NCBI GenBank assembly: GCA_902406115.1
Contig: CABPCL010000003.1
Location: forward strand, 48,782-112,781
Direction of reading: 5' to 3'
Length of the DNA: 64,000 nucleotides
Origin: an uncultured Clostridium sp.
GTDB taxonomy: Bacteria; Bacillota; Clostridia; TANB77; CAG-508
A model generated the notes under the pieces. That model was not told where the DNA came from. It worked only from the letters and a program-made list of their open reading frames with translations, and made no database searches. Each line of letters opens with the position of its first letter. Position 1 is the first letter of the stretch. Shown piece after piece: positions 1 through 9,458 of this stretch. The translations under genes were made by a program, and so were the position numbers.

Positions 1-195
1 GTGCTTTTGCTAAAAAATTCAGCATATTACATTATATGCTGCTTGTACGAAAAAAATGACAACCTATAAAAAAGATTTCTGAAAAATATTTTTACTTTTA
101 TATTTTTCACATATATTTTACAAATATAAATATTGTATATTATTAAAATATATGGTAATATTAAGATATTATATTATTTTTGGGAGGAAACATTT

Positions 196-753
196 ATGTT
201 CTTATGGATTTTATTAGGTTTAATCCTTATTCTAATTTTATTTGTAATAGGTTCATACAATAGCTTAGTACAATTAAAACAAAGAGTAAAAAATGCTTGG
301 AGTCAAATCGATGTACAATTACAAAGAAGATTTGATTTAATTCCAAATCTAGTTGAAAGTGTAAAAGGTTATATGGCTCATGAAAGCGAAGTATTAGAAA
401 AAGTAACTCAATTACGTTCTTCTTGGGCAAATGCTAAATCAGTTTCTGAAAAAGCTGAATTAGATAATCAACTTTCAGGAGCATTAAAAACAATCATGGC
501 AGTTTCTGAAAACTATCCAGATTTAAAAGCAAATCAAAACTTTTCAGAGTTACAAGAAGAGCTTAGAAATACTGAAAACAAAATATCATACTCTAGACAA
601 TTCTACAATGATACAGTAACTAGATATAACACAAAATTAGAATTATTCCCATCAAACATTATAGCTTCTATGTTTCATTTTTCAGCAGAATCTTTATTTG
701 AAGCTGAAAGTGAAGAAGCTAGAAAAAATGTTAAAGTTGATTTTGGTAAATAA
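196..753 (+). CDS. lemA: LemA family membrane protein
   Basis: The N-terminal TM is followed by the conserved LemA core ([35 protein letters not shown]...). A GGGAGG RBS lies 9 nt before the ATG at 196, so the track ORF start at 133 looks like an N-extension. The gene sits directly upstream of htpX, the usual LemA-HtpX pairing. Confidence 0.8.
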   Translation: MFLWILLGLILILILFVIGSYNSLVQLKQRVKNAWSQIDVQLQRRFDLIPNLVESVKGYMAHESEVLEKVTQLRSSWANAKSVSEKAELDNQLSGALKTIMAVSENYPDLKANQNFSELQEELRNTENKISYSRQFYNDTVTRYNTKLELFPSNIIASMFHFSAESLFEAESEEARKNVKVDFGK

Positions 754-860
754 TTTTAACTAAAATGCAATATTACTATTTTATATACCAAAGTAGTAAT
801 ATTGCATTTACTTTTATCTATACGTAACTTAAATAAATATATATTTTTGAGAGGTAAACA

Positions 861-1769
861 ATGTACGAGGATATAAAAAGAAATAAAATAAAAACAGGTA
901 TAATAGTCAGTATATTTTTAGTAGTAATTGCATTAATTGTATACTATATTTGTATGGCATTTGATTTTGGATATTTTTCAATTATAATTGCATTAATATT
1001 TTCAATTATAACTACATTTGGTTCTTACTATTATAGTGATAAAATCGTATTAGCAGTTAATCATGCTCGTCCAGCAACACATGAGGAAAATCAAAGACTA
1101 GTAAATATATTAGATGCACTTATGGTATCATCTGGTTTAAAATATAAACCTAGATTGTATATTGTAGATGATCCACAACCTAATGCTTTTGCAACGGGAA
1201 GAAATCCTGAAAATGCTGTGATTTGTGTTACAACAGGAATACTTGAAAAACTTGATTATTATGAGCTAGAAGGTGTTATTGCACATGAACTTTCACATAT
1301 AAAAAACTACGATATTCTTTTATCGGCTGTTGTAAGTGTAATGGTAGGATTTATTGTAATGCTTTCTGATTGGGTTAGTCGTGCTCTGTTTTGGGGTAGA
1401 GGCAAAGATAATGATAATGACAGCAAAGGTAACTCTATTTTAATGTTAATTGGACTACTCTGCTTAATTCTAGCACCAATATTTGGTCAACTAATGCAAC
1501 TGGCTTTATCAAGACGTAGAGAGTACCTAGCTGATAGTACAGCAGTTGAATTTACTAGAAATCCAGACGGACTAATATCGGCTTTAAGAAAATTGGACGC
1601 AGATACAAATGAATTAAAAACAGCAAATAACGCTACCGCTTATATGTATATAGTGAGTCCATTTAAATCCGCTGCAAATGGAACTGATAAAAACAAAAGA
1701 AGAACCAGCTTACTATCTACTCACCCATCCATAGATGATAGAATTGAAGCATTAAGCAAATTAAAATAA
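861..1769 (+). CDS. htpX: HtpX-like M48 family zinc metalloprotease
   Basis: The HEXXH motif (AHELSHIKNYD) sits within an M48 fold and there are several TM segments. A GAGAGG RBS precedes the start. Confidence 0.85.
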   Translation: MYEDIKRNKIKTGIIVSIFLVVIALIVYYICMAFDFGYFSIIIALIFSIITTFGSYYYSDKIVLAVNHARPATHEENQRLVNILDALMVSSGLKYKPRLYIVDDPQPNAFATGRNPENAVICVTTGILEKLDYYELEGVIAHELSHIKNYDILLSAVVSVMVGFIVMLSDWVSRALFWGRGKDNDNDSKGNSILMLIGLLCLILAPIFGQLMQLALSRRREYLADSTAVEFTRNPDGLISALRKLDADTNELKTANNATAYMYIVSPFKSAANGTDKNKRRTSLLSTHPSIDDRIEALSKLK

Positions 1770-1854
1770 TATCATTTTTTTATTATATCTATTTAAGTGA
1801 AGTGTATTGTAGTTAACTGTACTGAAATGTATAACTATGATAGCAAAATCGAAA

Positions 1855-1887
1855 AATCCGATAGTATAAATATTTTACTATCGGATC
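1855..1887. terminator. Bidirectional rho-independent terminator between convergent htpX and the LPQTG gene
   Basis: A perfect inverted repeat (AATCCGATAGTA...TACTATCGGAT) is flanked by T/A-rich tracts on both sides. Confidence 0.5.
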
Positions 1888-1905
1888 TTCTTTATTATTT
1901 AATTT

Positions 1906-2817
1906 TTATATTCCTTTATATTTTTTATGCTTACTGTAAGAGACAATAGCTATAATTATTAAACATGGAATTAAAAACATTATTGTACTATCTACACCTG
2001 TTTGAGGTAACTTTGATTTTGCACTTGAATTATCAGTATTCTTTTTTGTGTTGTTCTTAGTGCTTGAATTATTTGCATTACTTGCATTATTTGCTGTGTT
2101 ATTTGAATTATTTGTATTATTATTTGCTACAGCTTTTACTGTTATAGTTTGTTGAACAGATTTTGTCACTCCGTTTTCTGTATATTTTATCTCAACTACG
2201 CTATCTCCTGCTTTTAGCTCTGTGCTTTCTATAGTAATGTTGCTAGTTATATCTTTTGTTGTACCATTGCTATATTTAGCAGTTATCTGTAATCCTGTGC
2301 TATCAAACTTTTCTCCTGCTTTATATTGAGTTTTGCTTGGTGCTTTAGTAATCTCTATTGAAGTTAATTCTGGCTTTTCTGCTTGTACTTTTATTGTAGC
2401 CACCAAATTATCTAAACTTTCTTCTTGATAATCAGTACCTGCTGTTTGTAATTCAGTAATTGTAATTGTTGCATCTCCTTCTGAAGCACCTGTAGTATAT
2501 TTTATTTCTAATATTGTATCTGTCATTGATCCTTCAGCTTTTAGAATACTAAATGCTTTTGTTTCTTCATTATAAGTTAGTACCCAGTTGTTTTTTGCAG
2601 TTACACTTTCTATTTTTATATTATCACTACATACTATTTTACCACTTACTACACCTATTAATTTTCCAGATGAAATCTGCATTGTTAATGTTTTTGTTTC
2701 ATTTGGCTTTGCAGTTGAATCACCCGTAAGTAAAATTGGTGTACTTGCAGCGAATACAAAGCTACTATATATTGATAAAAGTAAAATCACGAGCATTATT
2801 GTTACTATTTTTTTCAT
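1906..2817 (-). CDS. LPXTG (LPQTG) sortase-anchored cell-wall protein with a putative cohesin-like N-domain, a Big_3-like Ig domain and an N-rich stalk
   Basis: A signal peptide is followed by a ~130-aa beta-sandwich-like domain, then a Big_3-like domain (TKTQYKAGEKFDSTGLQITAKYSNGTTKDIT...) and an Asn-rich low-complexity linker. The C-terminus reads LPQTG + hydrophobic TM + KHKKYKGI. The gene is co-directional with the dockerin-bearing giant gene and lies 70 nt downstream of it. Confidence 0.75.
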   Translation of the reverse strand: MKKIVTIMLVILLLSIYSSFVFAASTPILLTGDSTAKPNETKTLTMQISSGKLIGVVSGKIVCSDNIKIESVTAKNNWVLTYNEETKAFSILKAEGSMTDTILEIKYTTGASEGDATITITELQTAGTDYQEESLDNLVATIKVQAEKPELTSIEITKAPSKTQYKAGEKFDSTGLQITAKYSNGTTKDITSNITIESTELKAGDSVVEIKYTENGVTKSVQQTITVKAVANNNTNNSNNTANNASNANNSSTKNNTKKNTDNSSAKSKLPQTGVDSTIMFLIPCLIIIAIVSYSKHKKYKGI

Positions 2818-2887
2818 TTGTATTCCTCCTTGCTTAGATAAGTATATTTTATATTTTAATTTTCGTCAATATTTTTTATAAATATTT

Positions 2888-5800
2888 TTATATTTTATCT
2901 AACCCTACTAACGCTCTAGCCATTTTTAGTAAGTCAACGCAATTTGGATACTTATTATCTTCAAACACATCAGACGCCATTAGGTAAATTTCATCTAATC
3001 CCTTTTCTTTTCCAGTCATATATCTTGCTAGTCTTAACATATCAGAGTTTGTTACTTTGCCATCACCAGTTAAATCTCCTGTAACAACTATATTTAATAT
3101 TTTTTCTTCTCCATTAAGTGTAAACTTAGCAGTCATTCCTGTACCAATTATATCTGTATCTTTTAACTCTTTATTATCTTTTGTATAAACCTTCATAGAT
3201 GCATTATGCATTATTTTTTCAGCAAATGTTGCAACAGTTGTTTTTTGACGTACTCTGTTAATATATACTTCATCTACTTCATATACATCTGATTTTATCG
3301 ATATATCTGGTGCAGTTCTTATTTTAGTAATGCTAACATTGTAACTTGGTGACATATTTCCTGCTTCGTCTTTTACTTTAATTACAACTTCTTGATTATT
3401 AGCAAATGTTTTCTTGTTGCTTGTTTGCCATGTTTTTCCGTCATCAAAGCTGTATGATATTATACATGAACCACAGTTTCCAGTTATAGTAACTGTTAAT
3501 GTTACAGGCCCGTTTGTCCACTCTGTTGGATTGCCATCAACTTTTATTACAGTTGGAACTGTTTTATCTATTTTAGTTATGTCTATAGTACTATAAGTTG
3601 ATGTATTTCCCAATTTATCTTTAACTTTAATTACTATATTCTTTGTGTTTTCTTTATAAATCTTACTTGCTTCTTTTTGCCATGTCTTTCCGCCATCAAA
3701 GCTATATGGTGTATTATGTAATCCGCACCCTGCATCTGTTGCAGTTATTTTTAATGTTACATCTTTATTTGTCCACGCTGTTGGATTTCCCTCAACCTTG
3801 CTTATGATTGGTGCTGTTTTATCTATATTTGTAATATTAATTGTCTGATATGTTGCAGTATTTCCTAATACATCCCTTACCTTAATTATTATTCCATTTG
3901 TATTATTGGTATAAGTTTTTGTATTAGCTGTTTGCCATGTTGATCCACCGTCAAAGCTGTATGCTGAAGAATGTAATCCGCTTCCTGCATCTGTTGCAGT
4001 TACAGTTAAAGTAACATTTCCTGTTGTCCATGTACCTGGATTTTTTACTACACTGCTAATTGTTGGTGCATTCTTATCAATTCTATTAATAACAATTTTA
4101 TTGTATGTTGTTATATTTCCAGCAACATCTCTTACTTTAATTATTACTTCTTTATTTTCTGTAAATACTTGTTTATTAGAAGATACCCATGTTGTTCCGT
4201 TATCAAAACTATATGGTGTTGAATGTAATCCAGACTCAGCATCTGTTGCTGTTATTGTTAATGTTACATCTCCTTTTGTCCATGCTGTTGGATTTCCTGT
4301 TACACCACTTATTGTAGGTGCAACTTTATCAATTTTTGAAATTGCTACACTAGTTTCATGTGTATTTCCTAGTTTATCTTTTACTTTTATTTTTACCACT
4401 TGATTTGAACTAAATGTTTTTTTATTTGATGTTTGCCATGTTGATCCTCCATCAAAGCTGTATGGTGTAGAATGTAAATCACATCCTGCATCTGTCGCAT
4501 TTATTGTTAATGTAACATCTTTATTTGTCCATGCAGTTGGGTTTCCTGTTATACTACTTACAACTGGTGCATCTTTATCTATTTTCGTAATGCTTTCTAA
4601 TCTAACAGGTGAAATATTTCCTGCTTCATCTTTTACTCTTATTTTTACTTCTTCATTTTTTGTAAAAGTCTTTTGATTTGATAATTGCCATGTCTTTCCA
4701 TCATCAAAACTAAATTGTTCAACAGGTGATCCACTATTTTCATTTGTACTTACTGTTAGAGTTACATTTCCTGTTGTCCAATCATCAACATTTCCTTCAA
4801 CATTTGTTATAGTTGGAACAGTTTTATCTATTCTTAATATATCTATAGTACTATAAGTTGTAGTATTTCCTACTTTATCTCTAACCTTTATTACAATATC
4901 ATATGTAATTCTATCATAAACCTTAGTTGCCTCTTTTTGCCATGTCTTTCCACCATCAAAACTATATGGTGTATCATGTAATCCAGATATTGCATCTGTT
5001 GCTGTTATTTTTAATGTTACATCTTGGTTAGTCCATCTCTTTGGATTTCCTGTTACACTACTTATAACTGGTGGTGTTCTATCTATATTTGTAATATTTA
5101 CTACATCATAAGTTGCTATATTCTCTAATTTGTCTCTTACTTTAATTACTATATTTTTTGTATTTTCTGTATAAACCTTACTTGTTTCTTTTTGCCATGT
5201 CTTTCCACCATCAAAACTATATGGTGTATCATGCAATCCACATCCTGCATCTGTTGCAGTTACTATTAAAGTAACATTTCCTGTTGTCCATGTATCTGGA
5301 TTCTTTACTACACTACTAATTGTTGGTGCGTCCTTATCTATTTTAGTAATATTTAAAGTATTTGTTGTTATATTTCCTGCCACGTCTCTTACTTTAATTA
5401 TTATGCCATTTGTATTTTTTGTATATACTTTACTTGTTGTATTACTCCAAGTTGTTCCACCATCAAATGAATATGCTCCTTGAGCTGTATTTAAACCAGA
5501 TTCTGCATCTGATGCTGTTATTGTTAATGTAACATCATTTTTTGTCCAATCAGCTGGATTTCCTGTTATATCAACTGTTGGTAAAATTTTATCAATTTTA
5601 CTAATTGTTACACTAGTTTCATATATATTACCCACTTTATCTCTTACCTGAATATTTACAACCTGGTTCTTTGTAAATACTTTTGTATCAATATTACTCC
5701 ATGTCTTTCCACCATCAAAGCTATATGGCGTAGAATGTAATCCACTTTCAGCATCTGATGCTGTTATTGTTAATGTAACATCTTTATTGGTCCACGATGT

Positions 5801-8383
5801 TGGATTTCCTGTTATCTTTACAGTTGGCTTAATTTGATCAACATTAATTATTTTTACTGTTTCAGCAAGAGATATATTTCCTGCCTCATCTTTTGCTCTA
5901 ACATATACAGTTTGGTTTGAAGTAAATTCCTTTTGATTTGATGGTTGCCAATCTGTTTTACTTGCATCATTTGTAAAGCTATATCCTATAACTTCAGATC
6001 CACCATTGCTAGTTGCACTAGCTGTTAGTTTTGCTGAGTTTTTAGTCCATTCTGTTGGATTGCCATCAACTTTTAATATACCTGGAACTGTTTTATCTAT
6101 TTTAGTTATGTTTATAGTATTTGTTGTTATATTTCCAGCATTATCTCTTACTTTAATTACTATTCCATTTGTATTGCTAATATATACTTTACTTGTATTA
6201 TTACTCCAAGTTGTTCCACCATCAAATGAATATGCTCCTTGAGCTTTGTTTAGTCTAGCTCCCATATCTGATGCATCTATTTTTAATGTAACATCTTTAT
6301 TTGTCCATGCTGTTGGATTTCCAGTTATTTTCACTGTTGGTGGCGTTTTATCTATCTTAGTAATTGTTTCAGATTTTGCATCACTTATATTTCCTGCTTC
6401 ATCTCTTACTCTGATATATACTATTTGATTTGAACTAAAAGATTTTTTATTTGATGCTTGCCATGTATCCCCATTATTAAAACTATATGCCTTTGCATTT
6501 AGTTTTTTATCATCTGTTGCAGTTATAGCTAGTGTAACGTTTTGATTTGTCCACGAAGTTGGATTTCCTGTTATAGCACTAATTGTTGGTTTTGTAGTAT
6601 CAATATTATCAATTGTTACAGACGTTGCTGCACTTATATTTCCAGCATTATCCTTTACTTTTACTTTTACAGATGTATTTTGTGAATAATGCATTGGATA
6701 AATTGTTGATGTAGTTTCTATCCATGTTGATCCATTATCAAAGCTATATGCTGCGATTCCAGACCCTCCAGTATCTTTTGCATTTGCAATTAGTGATAAA
6801 TCTTTTGTATATTTTTTTGTAGATTTATCAACTCTAATAATTTCTGGTGCTATTTTATCTATTTTTGTAATATTCACATATGAAACAGCGCTCTCATTTC
6901 CAGCAGTATCTCTTACTTTAATATCCACTTCTGTATTGCTAGAGAAAGTCTTTTTATTTGATGTTTGCCAATCTGCACCATCGTTAAAACTATAATCTTT
7001 AATACCACTTGCATCTGATGCATTTACTGTTAAAGTAACACTTCCATTTGTCCATCCATTTGTTGACTTTTCAATACTATTAATTTTAGGTCTAGTTGTA
7101 TCTACTGTTGTAGATCCTCCACTTGAAGATCCTCCACTTGAAGATCCTCCACTTGAAGAACTTTCTTTGCTTACTACAACCTTTACAGTCTTTTGTTGTG
7201 TATTTCCTGCAAAATCTCTAACCTTAACCGTTATAGTTGTATCTTTATTAAATACTTTATAACTTTCCTCTTGCCATGTTTCTCCACCGTCAAATGAATA
7301 AGGCTTCATTATTTTTTCTATTCCCGATCCTGTATCTGATGCTGATATTACATATTTTGCGCCATCATCAGAATAAGAGACAGGTCCACAAGAAATGATC
7401 GTTGGTTTAACTTTATCTATATTATTTACTTTTACTGTTTGCCTTGTCTCATTTCCAACAGCATCTATTACTACTACATCTACGCTTCCATTTTCAGTAA
7501 AAAGAATTTCTCTATTATTATTAATAACTAAATTATCGTAATTACTCTTTAATTTAAATGTTTCATTTATTTTATCTTCAGCACTCAATCCTAAATCCTT
7601 ATTATATAAAAGTTCTGCCTCGTCATCACCTGCATTAATTCTTACAATAACATTACCTGAAGTCCATGCTGTTATATCTTCTTGTGGTGTAATTTCTGGA
7701 CCATTGCTATCTACATGAACATATTGATGTGTATAATCTTTTGCCCACTCAATTACATTAGATCCAGGCTTACAATATATATGAGCCACATTGCTATATC
7801 CAAAAGCCCCACCCCTAATTGTTAAATCACTATTATCTCCTTGTAAATATACAAATAAATAAGGGTCACATGCACTAAAAGCTTCAGATCCTATGCACTG
7901 TACTCCTTCACTGATTACCACATATTTTAATAAAGAGCTTCCAAAAAAGGCCTGATCACTAATCTCATCCATGTATGTTGCACGTATGTATACAGATGTA
8001 AGATAAGGCATTTTCTCAAATGCACTTACCTGTATTGAGTCACATTCTTCTATTACTATATGCCCTATTTTTTCAATATAATCATATGGAACATGTGGTA
8101 ATGCACCAACGCAACTTTCTATAACTAATGTTGCATTTCCTGTTTTGTTTTCATCGCCGGTCACATAATTGTTATATACCAATTTTGCTTTAACTTTGCT
8201 ATTTCCATAATCTATATCAATGCTTTTAACTTCTCCTGCATTTTTCTTACTCTCCGCTATTTGCATTTCGCTTGAGGATTCAGTTACGTTCTTTGAAATA
8301 GCATACCTTCCTATGACAATCGCCATTGATGATACAACTATCAAAATTAAACAAATACAAATTAAAGTTTTAAACCTCTTCAT
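2888..8383 (-). CDS. Giant secreted protein with an N-terminal BspA-type leucine-rich-repeat domain, ~14 tandem Ig-like repeats and a C-terminal dockerin-like module
   Basis: The start is set at MKRF (signal peptide), 9 nt after an AAGGAGAGGG RBS; the track ORF begins 31 codons earlier. An LRR_5-like region is present (IPxxVxxIGxxAF...). A SSSGG linker follows. About 14 ~95-aa repeats share the motif TxxPxIxxxxGNPTxWTNxDVTLTIxAxDxxSGLHxTPYSFDGGKTWQ. The C-terminus carries two Ca-binding dockerin-like segments (GDLTGDGKVTNSDMLRLARYM ... SDVFEDNKYPNCVDLLKMARALVG). Confidence 0.8.
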   Translation of the reverse strand: MKRFKTLICICLILIVVSSMAIVIGRYAISKNVTESSSEMQIAESKKNAGEVKSIDIDYGNSKVKAKLVYNNYVTGDENKTGNATLVIESCVGALPHVPYDYIEKIGHIVIEECDSIQVSAFEKMPYLTSVYIRATYMDEISDQAFFGSSLLKYVVISEGVQCIGSEAFSACDPYLFVYLQGDNSDLTIRGGAFGYSNVAHIYCKPGSNVIEWAKDYTHQYVHVDSNGPEITPQEDITAWTSGNVIVRINAGDDEAELLYNKDLGLSAEDKINETFKLKSNYDNLVINNNREILFTENGSVDVVVIDAVGNETRQTVKVNNIDKVKPTIISCGPVSYSDDGAKYVISASDTGSGIEKIMKPYSFDGGETWQEESYKVFNKDTTITVKVRDFAGNTQQKTVKVVVSKESSSSGGSSSGGSSSGGSTTVDTTRPKINSIEKSTNGWTNGSVTLTVNASDASGIKDYSFNDGADWQTSNKKTFSSNTEVDIKVRDTAGNESAVSYVNITKIDKIAPEIIRVDKSTKKYTKDLSLIANAKDTGGSGIAAYSFDNGSTWIETTSTIYPMHYSQNTSVKVKVKDNAGNISAATSVTIDNIDTTKPTISAITGNPTSWTNQNVTLAITATDDKKLNAKAYSFNNGDTWQASNKKSFSSNQIVYIRVRDEAGNISDAKSETITKIDKTPPTVKITGNPTAWTNKDVTLKIDASDMGARLNKAQGAYSFDGGTTWSNNTSKVYISNTNGIVIKVRDNAGNITTNTINITKIDKTVPGILKVDGNPTEWTKNSAKLTASATSNGGSEVIGYSFTNDASKTDWQPSNQKEFTSNQTVYVRAKDEAGNISLAETVKIINVDQIKPTVKITGNPTSWTNKDVTLTITASDAESGLHSTPYSFDGGKTWSNIDTKVFTKNQVVNIQVRDKVGNIYETSVTISKIDKILPTVDITGNPADWTKNDVTLTITASDAESGLNTAQGAYSFDGGTTWSNTTSKVYTKNTNGIIIKVRDVAGNITTNTLNITKIDKDAPTISSVVKNPDTWTTGNVTLIVTATDAGCGLHDTPYSFDGGKTWQKETSKVYTENTKNIVIKVRDKLENIATYDVVNITNIDRTPPVISSVTGNPKRWTNQDVTLKITATDAISGLHDTPYSFDGGKTWQKEATKVYDRITYDIVIKVRDKVGNTTTYSTIDILRIDKTVPTITNVEGNVDDWTTGNVTLTVSTNENSGSPVEQFSFDDGKTWQLSNQKTFTKNEEVKIRVKDEAGNISPVRLESITKIDKDAPVVSSITGNPTAWTNKDVTLTINATDAGCDLHSTPYSFDGGSTWQTSNKKTFSSNQVVKIKVKDKLGNTHETSVAISKIDKVAPTISGVTGNPTAWTKGDVTLTITATDAESGLHSTPYSFDNGTTWVSSNKQVFTENKEVIIKVRDVAGNITTYNKIVINRIDKNAPTISSVVKNPGTWTTGNVTLTVTATDAGSGLHSSAYSFDGGSTWQTANTKTYTNNTNGIIIKVRDVLGNTATYQTINITNIDKTAPIISKVEGNPTAWTNKDVTLKITATDAGCGLHNTPYSFDGGKTWQKEASKIYKENTKNIVIKVKDKLGNTSTYSTIDITKIDKTVPTVIKVDGNPTEWTNGPVTLTVTITGNCGSCIISYSFDDGKTWQTSNKKTFANNQEVVIKVKDEAGNMSPSYNVSITKIRTAPDISIKSDVYEVDEVYINRVRQKTTVATFAEKIMHNASMKVYTKDNKELKDTDIIGTGMTAKFTLNGEEKILNIVVTGDLTGDGKVTNSDMLRLARYMTGKEKGLDEIYLMASDVFEDNKYPNCVDLLKMARALVGLDKI
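3290..7360. repeat. Tandem ~285-300-bp intragenic repeat array encoding Ig-like domains
   Basis: Near-identical nucleotide blocks recur, and the antisense junk ORFs 3414..3596, 4101..4403, 6006..6242 and 6246..6428 echo each other. The translated protein shows ~14 copies of the same domain. Confidence 0.8.
7113..7160. repeat. Three copies of a 15-nt tandem repeat (GATCCTCCACTTGAA) encoding an (SSSGG)n linker
   Basis: This is a direct perfect triplication in the sequence. It translates to SSSGGSSSGGSSSGG between the LRR head and the Ig-like array. Confidence 0.85.
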
Positions 8384-8480
8384 GTTTTCCCTCTCCTTTT
8401 TTCTTTCCATCATATAATTACACATATTTAAATCAAATGCAATATGCCTTTTCTTACATATATTTTCTCGTGTCATATGC

Positions 8481-8548
8481 CTTTACGGAAGGTCATTTTA
8501 TATGTTTATTAAAAATTCATTACGGTTTTATTACAATTTTGTTACAAT
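8481..8548. promoter_or_regulatory. Conserved upstream element (TTACGGAA ... CATTACGG ... TTACAATTTTGTTACAAT) in the divergent promoter region of the giant surface gene and the ABC transporter
   Basis: A direct repeat TTACAAT-N4-TTACAAT lies at 8531..8548, with TTACGG boxes at 8483..8489 and 8520..8525. The same architecture recurs at 28677..28743 and 38679..38743, upstream of the two adhesin operons. Confidence 0.45.
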
Positions 8549-8690
8549 CAACTTATTTTTATTGAAAGTGTCTTCGCACAGTCGTATTTGCGGTTTTTTC
8601 AATTTTAAATAATTTGTTAATATATCCTCTCACCTAATCCATTTATTTAACATAAAATATAATAGGATAAATTGCAAAAGGAGGAAAAAA

Positions 8691-9458
8691 GTGAGAAAAA
8701 TATTAGAAGTAAAAGACATTAGCAAAAAATATCAGAGTAAAAAAAATGAGATCTTAGCATTAGAAAATGTAAGTTTTGATGTATCAGAGGGAGAGTTTGT
8801 TTCAATTATAGGTCCAAGTGGTTGTGGTAAATCAACACTTCTCTCTATAATAGCGGGTTTAGAAAAGAAATCGAGTGGAGAAATATATATTGAAGATGAA
8901 AAAGTTGATAACATTTCACCTAAAATTGGATACATGCTTCAACGAGATTGCTTATTAGAGTGGCGTACCATTTTAAGTAATGCAATGTTTGGATTAGAAA
9001 TAAAAGGAAAAAACAAAAAAGAAAATAAGGAATATGTTGAGGATCTATTAAAGAAATATAACTTATATGAATTCAAAGATAAATACCCATCTGAACTATC
9101 TGGTGGTATGAGACAAAGAGCTGCATTAATTAGAACCTTGGCAATAAAACCTAAAATACTTCTTTTAGATGAGGCCTTTTCTGCCCTTGATTATCAAACA
9201 AGAATAATGGTAACTAATGATATTTATTCTATCTTAAAAAAGGAAAATATTACTTCAATTATTGTAACACATGATATTTCAGAAGCTATTAGTATGTCAG
9301 ATAGAGTACTTGTTTTATCCAAACGTCCTGGAACAATAAAAAACATACATCATATTGATTTTGAAATAGAAAATAGAAATCCTATAAACTGTAGAGAAAG
9401 TCCAAAATTTAGCCAATATTTCAATACTTTATGGAGGGAGCTTGGTGTAGATGGATAA
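8691..9458 (+). CDS. ABC transporter ATP-binding protein (NitT/TauT family, SsuB/TauB-like)
   Basis: A GTG start follows an AAGGAGG RBS. The protein has Walker A (GPSGCGKST), the ABC signature (LSGGMRQRAALIR), Walker B (LLLDEAFSALD) and an H-loop. Confidence 0.9.
   Translation: MRKILEVKDISKKYQSKKNEILALENVSFDVSEGEFVSIIGPSGCGKSTLLSIIAGLEKKSSGEIYIEDEKVDNISPKIGYMLQRDCLLEWRTILSNAMFGLEIKGKNKKENKEYVEDLLKKYNLYEFKDKYPSELSGGMRQRAALIRTLAIKPKILLLDEAFSALDYQTRIMVTNDIYSILKKENITSIIVTHDISEAISMSDRVLVLSKRPGTIKNIHHIDFEIENRNPINCRESPKFSQYFNTLWRELGVDG

Noticed and set aside
133-195. The 5' extension of lemA from the track start at 133
   Set aside because: A GGGAGG RBS lies immediately upstream of the ATG at 196 and the TM helix starts there. 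The extension is Ile/Tyr-rich AT junk.
3414-6428. Plus-strand ORFs 3414..3596, 4101..4403, 6006..6242 and 6246..6428 inside the giant repeat gene
   Set aside because: They are antisense shadows of the repeated Ig-like units. They recur because the underlying DNA repeats, and they are hydrophobic junk translations.
8384-8476. N-terminal extension of the giant dockerin gene to the track start at 8476 (MTRENICKKRHIAF...)
   Set aside because: The signal peptide begins at MKRFKTLICICLIL and is preceded by a strong AAGGAGAGGG RBS. The upstream 31 codons have no RBS and are AT-rich leader.
8477-8690. Possible TPP/thi-box riboswitch upstream of the NMT1/THI5-type ABC transporter
   Set aside because: No CUGAGA/ACCUGAUCUGGAUAAUGCCAGCG-like thi-box core is present. 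The region is better explained as a divergent promoter plus the shared TTACAAT motif.
8732-8935. 67-aa minus-strand ORF inside the ABC ATPase gene
   Set aside because: It is antisense to a strongly supported Walker-motif CDS.
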